Below, one piece after another: positions 35,732 to 45,667 of a stretch of 63,708 nt of DNA (position 1 is the stretch's first letter; each line of letters opens with the position of its first letter). The stretch is taken from positions 1-63,708 of IMG/VR virus record IMGVR_UViG_3300042938_000824; one strand, given 5' to 3'. Made by a program: the position numbers and the translations under genes. The stretch is from a virus (lineage: Duplodnaviria > Caudoviricetes). Below the pieces are notes generated by a model that was not told where the DNA came from, ran no database searches, and saw nothing but the letters and a program-made list of their open reading frames with translations.

Positions 35732-36217
35732 TCACCGACCGAAAACCATCTTGCGCTGCTTTTCCGCAAACTTCTTCATGCGCTCATCACTGTCGCGCAG
35801 GAAGGAGTTCTCAGCACTGTCAAGCTCAGCCGTTGTCCGGCGGTGATAATAGTCCTTGCGCTGCTCTGCCATATCCTCTGGCATCTTGCATAGGATCAGG
35901 CCACCCACTTCCACTTTGCCTGATGTCTGCCCGACGCTGAGTTCCAGCATCATTTCGGGGTGTTCGGCGGCGTCAACCGGCTCCCACCCTTCGCGGATGC
36001 GTTTCTGGTAGTTGGTCTTGTCTTCGACATTGCGCGTTGCTGTACGGACCCATTTGAAGACGTAGCCGTCTTGGGGGGTGGGATCCGGCAGCATCGTAGG
36101 TTCGACCCAAGACCTGCGGCGAGAGGACTGCTCTCTCGTCTCAAGAGTTCTCGGTGCCCTTGCAGTAGGCTCAACCAAAATGGCATCCCACGGATCAGTC
36201 ATCGAGTTCTCCATCAA
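35732..36217 (-). CDS. Conserved head-module protein
   Basis: FKWVR, REGWEPV, VGGLILCK. Confidence 0.7.
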   Translation of the reverse strand: MMENSMTDPWDAILVEPTARAPRTLETREQSSRRRSWVEPTMLPDPTPQDGYVFKWVRTATRNVEDKTNYQKRIREGWEPVDAAEHPEMMLELSVGQTSGKVEVGGLILCKMPEDMAEQRKDYYHRRTTAELDSAENSFLRDSDERMKKFAEKQRKMVFGR

Positions 36218-37266
36218 AGTGCACCACGGCCACCGGCGTTCTGCCGCATCTTAGATGCAGCATACGCCTGCGGGGAAACGCCGAGCTTTCTGGCGATCTC
36301 TAGCTCGGACCTCGTTAGCGTGACCTTGCGCTTGTCCTGCGGCTGCGTAACGGCGTTCTCACGCCCGGCATCTGCAGTTGCGTTGGGACGACGAGCCTCA
36401 CGCCGGGGCCCGCCATCATTGCCGTCGTAGGACATGTTGTCCTCGAATGGTTGGTGTTCACTGTATACGGCTTTCAAACCGCGGTCTAGTTCCCGTGTAT
36501 ACTCGGGACTTTCGGGTCTGACACCCCTTGCTTCGAGGGCTTTGTGTATGGACAACGCAACACCAGTCTTGGCTTCGTTGCCCTGCTGACCGAACCACGA
36601 ATTGCGGCTAATCCACGCTGCTACGTTGGGTGCGAGCTGCGGAGCGGCAGGCTGCTGCTGTGGCTGGGGTGCAGCGAGCGCAGGCTCTCGCTCCTCAACC
36701 TGCCTCGGCATCCGCGACCGGATGGCAAGGTTCTCGGCGGAGATGCGCGACAGCATCTCCTGAGCATCGACAATCTGGTCGGTGTCGCCCAGTTCGTGGG
36801 CCTGCTTCAGCTTGGCCTTGGCTTCGCGCATGGCCGCTTCGTTGCGAGCCACCATGCTTTCGGCAAGGGCCGTTCCGCTCATCTGGGCTGTACGACGAAG
36901 GCCGTCAGCTTCCTGCTGAGCCATGCGGGCAGCCTCGACGGCAGCGGTAAGCTGGCGCTGAGCTTCCTCTTTCGCACGGCGCTCAGTCTCACGTTCGAAA
37001 CTAAGCCGCTTGATGCGGGCCTCGATCTTCTTTTTGCTGCCCCTGCCACGAAGGTCGTCAAGTTGCTCGTCGAGGGATGGGTCAGGGTCATACGAAGTTG
37101 GGCGTCCACGGTCCTCTTCAGGCGTGTCATCCTCTTCAATGACCTCAAACGCATTGGGGTCGGCGTTATCAAGGTCTACCTCGACTTCATCAGGCAGATC
37201 GTCGTTGCCGACATAGACCGCCTTCGAGGCGTCGCCGTTGGAGGCGCGGAAACTTTCGCGTGCCAT
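36214..37266 (-). CDS. Putative scaffolding protein (start MARESF)
   Basis: Acidic N-terminus, coiled coil, W...N.WFG, V.LT..E..IARKLGV. Confidence 0.7.
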   Translation of the reverse strand: MARESFRASNGDASKAVYVGNDDLPDEVEVDLDNADPNAFEVIEEDDTPEEDRGRPTSYDPDPSLDEQLDDLRGRGSKKKIEARIKRLSFERETERRAKEEAQRQLTAAVEAARMAQQEADGLRRTAQMSGTALAESMVARNEAAMREAKAKLKQAHELGDTDQIVDAQEMLSRISAENLAIRSRMPRQVEEREPALAAPQPQQQPAAPQLAPNVAAWISRNSWFGQQGNEAKTGVALSIHKALEARGVRPESPEYTRELDRGLKAVYSEHQPFEDNMSYDGNDGGPRREARRPNATADAGRENAVTQPQDKRKVTLTRSELEIARKLGVSPQAYAASKMRQNAGGRGAL

Positions 37267-37787
37267 CAGAGGCCTCCTACCTTGGCACCGCTTGGGATAG
37301 TGGCGGTGATCTCGTCGTCGGACAGCATCCGAAACTCGATGCCCTCGATAGTGAAGCGTTTGCCCGCGTACCGCGAGAACAGGACCGTGTCGCCGACCTT
37401 GCACCATGGGCCAGACGGAAAGCGGGGCCGTGCAGCGAGAACGGTAACAGGCGTGCCGGGGGGCAGGTCGTCGGGTAGCTTGGGTGCGGCATCAACGTAG
37501 CAGTCAGGCCCCATGGAGATAACAGTGCCGATCACGGACGCAGCGCGCTCGCGGTCGGTAACGGTTTCGGGGATGTAGACGCCGGTGTCGGTGCGGTCAT
37601 TGAGCTGCGGCAGCGCGACCAGCATGAAGTGCCCGACAGGGTCGGGGGCCTGCATCATGTCCATCTGCGCCGATGCGTAGTCGTCGTCGGACATCTTCGT
37701 CAGGAGGTTGGCCTTGGAGCCTTTTGCTGCGGCGGTCAGCTTTGGGAATTTATGCGCCAGTTTAGTCGTCACTATCGTCTCCATCAC
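37266..37787 (-). CDS. GroES-like co-chaperonin
   Basis: T.TGVYIP, GTVI.MGPD, CKVGDTVLFSRYAG, DDEI. Confidence 0.8.
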   Translation of the reverse strand: MMETIVTTKLAHKFPKLTAAAKGSKANLLTKMSDDDYASAQMDMMQAPDPVGHFMLVALPQLNDRTDTGVYIPETVTDRERAASVIGTVISMGPDCYVDAAPKLPDDLPPGTPVTVLAARPRFPSGPWCKVGDTVLFSRYAGKRFTIEGIEFRMLSDDEITATIPSGAKVGGL

Positions 37788-37947
37788 TGAGGCGTTTGCG
37801 CTCCTCGACGAACATGGTCAGTTCGCGCAAGGTAGCGAGGCGGCCTACTGCCTCACGATAGGCCGCGTAATCTTGAGGCTGCCCCGACAAGATCGTTGTC
37901 GAGACAGCCTCAATTTTTTCCTTAAGCTCTTTGTCGAGCGCCCTCAT
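37762..37947 (-). CDS. Small hypothetical protein
   Basis: ATGA-coupled to portal; G...DY..Y...VG. Confidence 0.65.
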   Translation of the reverse strand: MRALDKELKEKIEAVSTTILSGQPQDYAAYREAVGRLATLRELTMFVEERKRLSDGDDSDD

Positions 37948-40442
37948 TGCGGGCCCTTCATCTTGGTGGCCTGAGACAGCACCTTGACCGCCGTCGACAT
38001 GTCGTTGTTGCGAACAGACGCGGCCAACTCAGCCTGCTTCAGCTGACGGTCGTCAGCCTTTGTCTGCATCTGGAGTTGCGTCACAAGCGTCGAGCGTTCA
38101 GTCTCGGACATCTCCTTGAAGATGGCGATGGCCGCCTTCATGCGGCGCTCTTCAGCCTTGTCTGCCAGCTGAGCGTCGGCGATTTCCTTCTTGACCTCGA
38201 CGGCGCGCTCCTTGATCTCGTTCTCGCGCATCTGCTGCTGGACGATTGGATCTTCCATGGCCTCTTCAGCCTGCTTCTGCGCAGCCTTGGCCTTGTTGTC
38301 GTTGAGAAGCTTGTCAGCCGCGTCGGCGGTAAGCTGGGCCAGTTCGTATTCGACATCTTCGGGAAGCGGCTCGCCGGGCGGAGGCAGCGGCACGCCGAGC
38401 TTTTCTTCGATCTGCTGGCGGTACTGGAAGGCGAGGTGCTCCTGCACATGCGCGGCGGCGGCAGCCATGATGGATGGTGCCGACGGATTGTTCGCCATCA
38501 TCGCCTGCATCGATGGATCCTGAATGGCGGCCATGTGGACAGCGATGTGGGCCTCGTGGTTCTGGCCCGGGCCCGCCTTCACGGGCTTCATGTTCATCAG
38601 GTTCATGTTCTCGGTGACGGGGTCGAGGGGCTCGATATCCGTGTCTGGAGGAATGAACAGGTCAGCCTGATCAGAACCCAGCGTCATGACCATTTGCCGG
38701 TGCACGGCCTTCTGGTTGTAGATGCCGGGGTTCTGCTGCATCAACTGCGTGATGGCCTGCATCTGGATAATCTGCTGGGCCATCGTCGTGGCGTTCGGGT
38801 CGGCGACCGGAACGACGTCGATGTTCATGCCGTAGTCTTCTTGGCGGGTCGACTGCGCCTCGTCGTCGGCCAAGGCGAAGGGGTACGGCATCTCGAGCAT
38901 GTAGCTCTTGACGATGTCGTAGAGGACGTTGAGTTCCTGAGTGAAGCTCTCGTACAGCCGCTGCTGCACCGAACTCATCACCTTCAGCGACCGCTCGATG
39001 ATGGCCAGCGTCGTACCAACAGGCATATTGGTCCCCGACATGTCGGTGACCTTCATGTCCGCAACCGCGCCGATCCGTCGTGCCTCTTCAACGATCTGGC
39101 CCAGAAGGCTGTACAGGACCGTCGACGGCTCCTTGTAGGGGAGTGGGAAGAAGTTCTCGCGCAGAGTGCCCGCGCTGACTTCCACGTCCCTCCACTCGCC
39201 GGGGCCAATGGGATCGCTGTCGTCCTTGATGCGGAGGCCCTTGGCCTTGTAGCCAGCTGGCAGGTTCGACAGCGTTCCTGCGTCGACCAACTGGCGCAGG
39301 ATCGACGTCGCGCTCTCGGTCAGGCCGCCAAGGATGTTGATCAGGCCGATACCGTAAGGGCCGAAGCCGGGCATGTACTTGTGCTGGACAACCGACCGAA
39401 CCCGCTCGCAGGTCGGGTCATCTTCCCTCCACTCGCGCCTGATGGCCAGCACTTCGTGGCTGCCGGTGTCGACGGTGATGACGTAGGGAAGCGGCTCGCC
39501 GTTCTGGTTGTAGGGGTCTTCCTCGATGTAGTAGAGGATGTGGCACTCGTACAGCTTGTGGGGGCTGTCGTCGCGCGCCGTGCTGGCGTCGGACTTGCCC
39601 TCAATCCGATCCTTTTCCTGCGTGATAGGGTCGTTGTAGGTCGCGGATCCGGGCCCGATGTCGACGTCGCGATAAAAGCCCGACGACTGCTTGGCCTTGA
39701 CCCAGTTCGACGTCTTGTAGTGGGTGATGGTGAAGCGGTCGGCGCTGTCGAGGCTGGCCGCGGAGTAGGGTATGAGCATGTGCTCAGGCAAGATGTAGTG
39801 GGCCGCGGGCCGCTTGTGCACTTCATCGAAGCGCCACGACCGGAAGGTCGTACCCGCCAGAGGCAGGTTGAACAGCATCATGTCGGTTTCGTCGCGGAAA
39901 CCCTTGATGATGCGCCTGCACATGTTGTTCAGGTCGCGCTGGATGCGCTTCGCCGTCTTCGTGCGCTTCTCGCTGACGGCCCCGATGATCTCGGTCTTCA
40001 CCGGGCCAGCGCCCGGGAACAGGCTCGACATCGCTTCGGCATTGAAACGGATGACGCTCTCGAGCAGGACGGGATGGAAGGCACCGCAGGCATTCTCCCA
40101 CGGCTCGGTGCGGCTCTCGTACTTCAGACCCAGCAACTTGAGACCGTTGGAGTACGTCTTGCGCCACTCCTCCCTGCCCCGGTCATCGTCGTCGGCGAGG
40201 TTGATGATCTCATGGCCGATGGAGCCGAGCCTGCCCTCGTCGATCATGTCGGCGAGGTTGCCGTTAAAGTCCGTCGGATCCGTGCTGACGGGGAGCGGCG
40301 GCCCGAAGTCGACGACCATGCCGCCGTCTTCGGTCTCTTCCATGACGGCGTCGTCGAGTTCGACGTCCATCGTGTCAGCAAGGTTGTCCATTTCAGGAGT
40401 GTCGAGGGTGGTCGGTAGTCCGGTCCTGCGCTCGATAGCCAT
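37944..40442 (-). CDS. Portal protein
   Basis: EPWENACG..HPVL.E, GPVKT, G.YG.GLI, RQLVDAGTLSN; follows TerL. Confidence 0.9.
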   Translation of the reverse strand: MAIERRTGLPTTLDTPEMDNLADTMDVELDDAVMEETEDGGMVVDFGPPLPVSTDPTDFNGNLADMIDEGRLGSIGHEIINLADDDDRGREEWRKTYSNGLKLLGLKYESRTEPWENACGAFHPVLLESVIRFNAEAMSSLFPGAGPVKTEIIGAVSEKRTKTAKRIQRDLNNMCRRIIKGFRDETDMMLFNLPLAGTTFRSWRFDEVHKRPAAHYILPEHMLIPYSAASLDSADRFTITHYKTSNWVKAKQSSGFYRDVDIGPGSATYNDPITQEKDRIEGKSDASTARDDSPHKLYECHILYYIEEDPYNQNGEPLPYVITVDTGSHEVLAIRREWREDDPTCERVRSVVQHKYMPGFGPYGIGLINILGGLTESATSILRQLVDAGTLSNLPAGYKAKGLRIKDDSDPIGPGEWRDVEVSAGTLRENFFPLPYKEPSTVLYSLLGQIVEEARRIGAVADMKVTDMSGTNMPVGTTLAIIERSLKVMSSVQQRLYESFTQELNVLYDIVKSYMLEMPYPFALADDEAQSTRQEDYGMNIDVVPVADPNATTMAQQIIQMQAITQLMQQNPGIYNQKAVHRQMVMTLGSDQADLFIPPDTDIEPLDPVTENMNLMNMKPVKAGPGQNHEAHIAVHMAAIQDPSMQAMMANNPSAPSIMAAAAAHVQEHLAFQYRQQIEEKLGVPLPPPGEPLPEDVEYELAQLTADAADKLLNDNKAKAAQKQAEEAMEDPIVQQQMRENEIKERAVEVKKEIADAQLADKAEERRMKAAIAIFKEMSETERSTLVTQLQMQTKADDRQLKQAELAASVRNNDMSTAVKVLSQATKMKGPQ

Positions 40443-42085
40443 CAGTAATATCTCCTAGCCCGGTACTGCCGGGGCTGGTCCGAGTCATCGGCACGGTCGT
40501 TGGCGGTGCGGATAAGGCCGCCTGAGCGGAACCGCAGCAAAGCCTGAACCACACTGTCGACATAGTCGTCGTGGTCACCATACGGGAACTCGGCGCACTC
40601 CTCAATGCACTCTTCAGCAAAGCGCCGTTCGGGGGCCCACACGTAGCCTGACGCAAAAATATCCGACACCATGTTGGCGCGGGCGACCTTGTCGTTGGAC
40701 ACGTACTTGCCACCGCGGCCAAAGCTGAAGTCCTCGACGGCGATGTCCATGGCTCTCAGTTCTTGGATGAGGCTGATGCCGGAGCCCTTGTTTTCAATGA
40801 GCAGCGTGTCGGGCATGTCCTCGTTATAGAACTGCAGCACCTTCTTTTTCAGTTCAGGAAACTCCATGCGCTCCTTGTAGGCGCTGAGAAGAATGATGTT
40901 GTTGATCGGTAGCCCCGTGGCGGGGTCGTCGACCTTGAACACGCCCCACGTCGTGAACGCCGAATAGTCGGCGCGCTGCGTCTTGGTCAGCGCCGTGTCG
41001 ACGCTCATCATGATAAGCTCGCACGCTGGTGGGTCCAGACTGTTCCACGCACCCAGAAGATGATCGGCAGGGCACGTCTCGCGGTCGCTGCCCCACTTCC
41101 TCCAGTTCTCGCGCTTGATGATCGCGCCTTCTTCAGACGTCGGGTTCTGCTGGTACTGGGCCTTCCACTTGCTGACGGGCAGCACGGCGCGCGTGGCGCG
41201 CAGGTCTTCCAGTTTCCAGAAGCCGGGCCACAGGCTGCGCTCCTGCGGCGTGTTCTCGTCGAGAATGGCCGGGAACTCGATGACTTCCCACCTGTCGCCG
41301 GGTTCGCCTTCCTCAAGGGCGGCCTGCTTCTTCAGCACCTGCCCTGTAAGGTCTCGTTTACTCCATCGTGTCATAACCACGATCACGGACCCGCCCGGCT
41401 GAAGTCTTTGGCGCGGACCTGAAGTATACCACTCGTAGACGTCGTCGAAAATCTCTGGGCTAGTCTCTGCTTGTCTTGCCTCTTGTTCAGAGTGAGGGTC
41501 GTCGATGATGACGATATCGCCGCCCTTGCCCGTTACCTTGCCACGAATACCAATAGCGAAGTACTCGCCGCCCTTGCTCGTGCTCCAACCAGCCGCGGCC
41601 TGACTGTCCTTGGCCAATTTGACGCCGGGGAAGATGTCGGCGTAGGCGACGCCGGGGTTGCCTTCGTCGTCTTCCGATTGCTCGCCCGCGATCAGGTTAC
41701 GAACGCGCCGACCGAAGCCTGCGGCCAAAGCCTCCGTGTTCGACGACTGGATGATCTTCTTTTTCGGGAACCTACCGAGGAACCACGCAGGCAACAGCCA
41801 GCTGGTGAGTTCCGACTTCGTGTGGCGGGGTGCCATGTTGATGACTAGGCGCTTGCACTCACCTTTGGCCACGCGCTCGAAGGCCTCGGCCATGATGTAG
41901 TGGTGCGCGCCGGGGATGAAGTCGGGCCAGACCAGCTTCACGAAATCAATGAAGCTGTGGCGCGCCTTCTCGATCTTCTGCAGCCGCTCCCGCTTCTCAA
42001 GCAGGCCGAGAACGTACTCCTTATCGCCGCCAGACAGGCGGTCGATGTGCTTGAGGGCGTCGTCGAGATCGAGGTCGAGGCTCAT
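40442..42085 (-). CDS. terL: Terminase large subunit
   Basis: INMAPRHTKS Walker A, IIDDPH Walker B, MTRW, QQNP, HDDYVDS nuclease motif. Confidence 0.93.
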   Translation of the reverse strand: MSLDLDLDDALKHIDRLSGGDKEYVLGLLEKRERLQKIEKARHSFIDFVKLVWPDFIPGAHHYIMAEAFERVAKGECKRLVINMAPRHTKSELTSWLLPAWFLGRFPKKKIIQSSNTEALAAGFGRRVRNLIAGEQSEDDEGNPGVAYADIFPGVKLAKDSQAAAGWSTSKGGEYFAIGIRGKVTGKGGDIVIIDDPHSEQEARQAETSPEIFDDVYEWYTSGPRQRLQPGGSVIVVMTRWSKRDLTGQVLKKQAALEEGEPGDRWEVIEFPAILDENTPQERSLWPGFWKLEDLRATRAVLPVSKWKAQYQQNPTSEEGAIIKRENWRKWGSDRETCPADHLLGAWNSLDPPACELIMMSVDTALTKTQRADYSAFTTWGVFKVDDPATGLPINNIILLSAYKERMEFPELKKKVLQFYNEDMPDTLLIENKGSGISLIQELRAMDIAVEDFSFGRGGKYVSNDKVARANMVSDIFASGYVWAPERRFAEECIEECAEFPYGDHDDYVDSVVQALLRFRSGGLIRTANDRADDSDQPRQYRARRYY

Positions 42086-42429
42086 TTAGCCTTCTTTTTT
42101 CGGCCTTTGGTAATCTGCGCAGCGACAAGGTCAGGCATATTGACCTTCAGCGGCTCGATGACGGAGTAGCCGGGGATGGTCTGGACCGGGCCGACGGATC
42201 CAAACGGCTTCTCGTCGAACGAGGGCGGCGCTTTCTTGGCGGCGTCGGGAAGGGCCGCCTCCTTCAGATTGAAATAACCGTCTATGCCGGGCGTCAGGAG
42301 GATGGCCTCCTTGTTGCGACCGCGGCCAAGCACTTCGCCGTTGGGGCCGACGGCCACATAGTCGTAGGGGCCGAGGCCGAGCATCAGCTTCGAGGGCTGG
42401 ATGAAGTCGAAATCGACGAGCTTTGTCAT
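42082..42429 (-). CDS. Hypothetical protein
   Basis: Coupled in the operon upstream of terL. Confidence 0.6.
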   Translation of the reverse strand: MTKLVDFDFIQPSKLMLGLGPYDYVAVGPNGEVLGRGRNKEAILLTPGIDGYFNLKEAALPDAAKKAPPSFDEKPFGSVGPVQTIPGYSVIEPLKVNMPDLVAAQITKGRKKKAK

Positions 42430-42430
42430 G

Positions 42431-42691
42431 TCAGCAGTTCCATGCGCGCAGGCTTTTGTTTACGCGGGAGTTGGGGTCGTTCGCCGTCTTCGACGACGTC
42501 AGCTTCTTCTTTAACCCGGTCATTCTGGCGCAAAAGCTAGCCTTTCGACCCTTGGCTTCCTTGGTCTTGGGCGTCGGGGCAGGTGGCTTCAGGTTCATGC
42601 CCTGCGCCTTGGCGCTGGCCCGGCCCTTGGCGTTCAGGCCCCCAGCGTCACTCTTGCCTGCTTTTCGTTGCCATGCGGGGGTCTTCGGCAT
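42431..42691 (-). CDS. Small basic conserved phage protein (DUF6321-like)
   Basis: AWQRKAGK..GGLNAKGRAS, RKASFCARM, W.C end. Confidence 0.75.
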   Translation of the reverse strand: MPKTPAWQRKAGKSDAGGLNAKGRASAKAQGMNLKPPAPTPKTKEAKGRKASFCARMTGLKKKLTSSKTANDPNSRVNKSLRAWNC

Positions 42692-42702
42692 TTCATCGCT
42701 CC

Positions 42703-42999
42703 TCAGCGCCAGATGTTAGGAGTATCCGGCTCTTCGTCCCACGGGTCAACCGACCTCCGGCTCAGCCGTATTTCGGGGTCGACGAGGGTCAGGCCGCGCG
42801 CCGTGAACTTCTGCTGGTCGAGGTAGCCCCGCTTCTTCAATTCGCGTATGGCCTTGATGACAGTCGTGTTCGAACAGCCGATGGCGTCGCGCAGCTCTTT
42901 CTGGCTGGGGGCGATCTTGTGCTTGATCAGGGCCTCACGGATGGCGTGGTAGACCTCGATAAAGGCTGGCGTCAGGGAGGGATCGACGATAACCGGCAT
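42703..42999 (-). CDS. LexA-N-like winged-helix DNA-binding protein
   Basis: PSQKEL..AIG.S...V...I..L..RGYL. Confidence 0.7.
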   Translation of the reverse strand: MPVIVDPSLTPAFIEVYHAIREALIKHKIAPSQKELRDAIGCSNTTVIKAIRELKKRGYLDQQKFTARGLTLVDPEIRLSRRSVDPWDEEPDTPNIWR

Positions 43000-43059
43000 A
43001 GGCGTAGTCCACGTTGTTGGAGCAACGTGGCCTACTTACACCGCGGTTCGCGGTCGTGT

Positions 43060-43212
43060 CTACTTTTTCTTGGCCGCGTTCATGTTGTCGACAAGGTTGG
43101 GGTAGGGCCTACCGGCCTTCTTTGCCGCGGCCTTCGCCTTGGCCTTCATGGCTGGTTTCAGCTTGGTAGACGTCTTCTTTGGGTTGGGCTTTTGCCATGG
43201 GGCTTTCATCAT
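43060..43212 (-). CDS. 50-aa Lys/Ala-rich protein (not in track)
   Basis: MMKAPWQKPNPKK..AKKAGRPYPNLVDNM; ATGA overlap. Confidence 0.7.
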   Translation of the reverse strand: MMKAPWQKPNPKKTSTKLKPAMKAKAKAAAKKAGRPYPNLVDNMNAAKKK

Positions 43213-43466
43213 GAGGCCTTTTTGTGGAGGGGCTCGTCGGGGCGGAACCCGGCCTGCTCAGGCATTAGCAACAGGGCGGTCTCCGCATCGCGACTAGGCA
43301 CGATACCGTGGTCGGTCATCTTGCGGAAGAGGCTGCGCCGGTTGCCGATCCACTTTTCGACCGTGCGGTAGATGCCGTCGTCATCCTTCTTGGCGATCTC
43401 CCACTCCTTGTCGCGCCGGTAGGCGACGTGTTTGCGGTCGAGAGAGATCTGGGTGGGCTCGGTCAT
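43209..43466 (-). CDS. Hypothetical protein
   Basis: GGAG RBS; biased codon usage. Confidence 0.65.
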   Translation of the reverse strand: MTEPTQISLDRKHVAYRRDKEWEIAKKDDDGIYRTVEKWIGNRRSLFRKMTDHGIVPSRDAETALLLMPEQAGFRPDEPLHKKAS

Positions 43467-43690
43467 GTCGGTCTCCGTCTTGGGTCGGGGAAGTTGTATA
43501 AAATTTTTTGCATATTTTTTGTACCAAAAAGCCGTTTGGGCGGTGAGGCCGCGCCCGGAATGACATGTAATATACAGGCGCGCGGACCCAAGCCAGAAAG
43601 TTTGGGGGTGACCCTCGACGCGCGACGCCTAGCCGAACGGACCGCGTTTCCGCCAGCCAGCAGCCGACGATCGGCAGGCACCGAGCCGGT

Positions 43691-43788
43691 CGACACGTAG
43701 CTCAATGGTTACGGATGGCAGGCGCGACGCGTAACATATTGGTTACGGATTGGATGGCGTGACGCGTAACGCATTGGTTACGGATTGG
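43691..43788. repeat. Three 34-35-bp tandem units containing TGGTTACGGAT
   Basis: TGGTTACGGAT at 43706, 43740, 43775, interleaved with GACGCGTAAC. Confidence 0.85.
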
Positions 43789-43804
43789 GGGCGCGCACTA
43801 TCCC

Positions 43805-44428
43805 CTAGGTTGCATCCCCCCGGCGGACGAACGACCTCGGCCTGCGTCGCCGCTTGCGCACGTCTTCGGGCTCAACAGCTGGCGGTTCGACGGGCGACGC
43901 CGGGTGCGCGCCGGGTGCATCGGGAGGCTGATCGATCACCGGCGGATTGAGCGCGGACGACAGCTTGCGCTTTAGCTCCGCGTCAATATCGTTTACGGTT
44001 TTCATCTGCGGCGTTGCTTCGGTGGCTGATCTATCGAAGAGGCCGATGGCTTTGCCAAGTAGTTCGTAGCCGCGCAAGCGAGTCGTATCCTTCTCGCTTG
44101 TTATTGCAATCTGCGCTATACCTGTTAGTACGAAGTCTTCATCTATCTTGGGGATTAGACTTGCTTCACCGTTACTGTCAAAAAGCAATCGGCGCAGCTT
44201 TGACTGCACTTTAGGGTTGGCTTCGACCGCTGCGCCCATGTAACCAAGCGACAGGCGGGGCACTTCTGGCCGGGGTCGATATGCCTCTACGTAGGCATCG
44301 GTAACGCTGAGACCTGCCGCTCTATGCCGCGCATAATGCCACTGTTGCGGCGTTAACCCCTCATACGCCCTATCGTCGCGCAGCGCTCCGCCGCGCGGCG
44401 CGACCGGTGTGAGGCGCGATACATCCAT
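43805..44428 (-). CDS. Putative terminase small subunit (start uncertain)
   Basis: LTPQQ..YA....G.S..DAY..AY HTH; RLRGYELLGKAIGLF. Confidence 0.65.
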   Translation of the reverse strand: MDVSRLTPVAPRGGALRDDRAYEGLTPQQWHYARHRAAGLSVTDAYVEAYRPRPEVPRLSLGYMGAAVEANPKVQSKLRRLLFDSNGEASLIPKIDEDFVLTGIAQIAITSEKDTTRLRGYELLGKAIGLFDRSATEATPQMKTVNDIDAELKRKLSSALNPPVIDQPPDAPGAHPASPVEPPAVEPEDVRKRRRRPRSFVRRGDAT

Positions 44429-44519
44429 ATTGTCGACAACCCCTTGCGCGCGCGGCATCAGCGGGAAGGCACGATAACCGCCGCGCACATAGATTGTAGG
44501 CTGCTTTTGATTTTAGGCG

Positions 44520-44548
44520 TTGACACCATAGGCGGGGCCACGTAGAAG
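44520..44548 (+). promoter_or_regulatory. Early promoter 1
   Basis: aggcgTTGACA-17-TAGAAG followed by a shared leader. Confidence 0.75.
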
Positions 44549-44602
44549 GGGGTCATCGCAGCGGCAATTCAGCCGGTGCCAACCACCCCGGAGCCCCTAC
44601 CA

Positions 44603-44770
44603 ATGACCGCTTACCTCCACCGCGCACCCGGCAAAAAATGGACCCTGACCCTCGTGTCGCGCCCCTGCAACGGCGCGGAATTTCAGGCAGGCGAAAAGAT
44701 TGCCGTTACTGGCAAGCGCGACGCGACTGCAATCTGCAAAGCGCGCGGCGCAACGCCGCACAATTTCTAA
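44603..44770 (+). CDS. Early small protein
   Basis: GGAG RBS cassette; MTAYLHRAPGKKW. Confidence 0.7.
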   Translation: MTAYLHRAPGKKWTLTLVSRPCNGAEFQAGEKIAVTGKRDATAICKARGATPHNF

Positions 44771-44773
44771 CCC

Positions 44774-44821
44774 CCGTGTCCCGTGGTGCCCGGCGAACTC
44801 GCCGGGCAGTACCGGGCACGG
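44774..44821 (+). repeat. Conserved intergenic long hairpin, copy 1
   Basis: ccgtgtcccgtggtgcccggcga..tcgccgggcagtaccgggcacgg. Confidence 0.85.
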
Positions 44822-44852
44822 ACCCGACAACCACCACCTAGGAGCACCTACC

Positions 44853-45101
44853 ATGCACGCCACACGCAAGCCGCGCCGCCAGTACGTCCGCGCGTTCGAC
44901 ATCACCAGCCTGCCGCCCGCCGCCCTGTCAGGCGTCAGCATCGGGCAGTGGGTGTTCGCCGGTGAGCGCACCCGTGACGGCATCGGTCGCTTCCTAGGCG
45001 TCAAGCCGAGCGGTGTAATCGTTGTCGCATGGCTGGGCAATGGCCGCCGCCGTTGGCGCTCTTACTGCCGCACCCTGCGGCAGTTCGCGACGACCCACTG
45101 A
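44853..45101 (+). CDS. Early small basic protein
   Basis: ggagcacctaccATG cassette; GQWV..G...GRFLG. Confidence 0.7.
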   Translation: MHATRKPRRQYVRAFDITSLPPAALSGVSIGQWVFAGERTRDGIGRFLGVKPSGVIVVAWLGNGRRRWRSYCRTLRQFATTH

Positions 45102-45103
45102 CC

Positions 45104-45150
45104 CAGTCACCTGTGGTGCCCGCCTCGCTGGCGGGCAGTACCGGGGACTG
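45104..45150 (+). repeat. Conserved intergenic long hairpin, copy 2 (covarying)
   Basis: cagtcacctgtggtgcccgcc..ggcgggcagtaccggggactg. Confidence 0.8.
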
Positions 45151-45183
45151 AACCCGACAACCCACAACCACGGAGCACCTACC

Positions 45184-45624
45184 ATGCACACCCCCACCAT
45201 CAGCACCATTTCACACGGCACGCTAAACACTTTCGACCTGCTCGAGGCGTTCGGCTGGGAATTGCAGCACATCAGCACGAATGCAGGGCATCAGGCACTG
45301 GCTGAAGAGGCGCGAAAGCGCGCGCACTTCTACACATGGAACGACAACGTCGAGGAAACCGATGCCGATAGCGAAATGGTCAACGCCTTGATTGACGCAC
45401 TGAACGCGCTTGCACCGGCTTACTGCTTTTTTGGTGCCCACGAGGGCGACGGATCAGACTTCGGCTTTTGGCCGGACATGGGAGCCATTGAGGAATTGCC
45501 GCGCGTCGCCGATCCGGCGGACGTGCCTGCTGGCGGCACCGGCGAGGACGTCGTGTACGTGAACGACCATGGCAACGTGACCGTGTACGGCGCGAACGGC
45601 GCGGTACTGCTCGGTATCGTTTAG
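45184..45624 (+). CDS. Early acidic protein
   Basis: ggagcacctaccATG; SHGTL..DL, FGAHEGDGSDFGFW, VNDHGNVT. Confidence 0.75.
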   Translation: MHTPTISTISHGTLNTFDLLEAFGWELQHISTNAGHQALAEEARKRAHFYTWNDNVEETDADSEMVNALIDALNALAPAYCFFGAHEGDGSDFGFWPDMGAIEELPRVADPADVPAGGTGEDVVYVNDHGNVTVYGANGAVLLGIV

Positions 45625-45638
45625 ATTAGTTGCAGGCG

Positions 45639-45667
45639 TTGACACCGCCGTTCTGATGCTGTACTGA
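45639..45667 (+). promoter_or_regulatory. Early promoter 2
   Basis: aggcgTTGACA-17-TACTGA. Confidence 0.75.

Noticed and set aside
37947-40418. 823-aa plus-strand ORF
   Set aside because: Antisense shadow of the portal gene, expected from high-GC3 codon bias; no RBS or motifs
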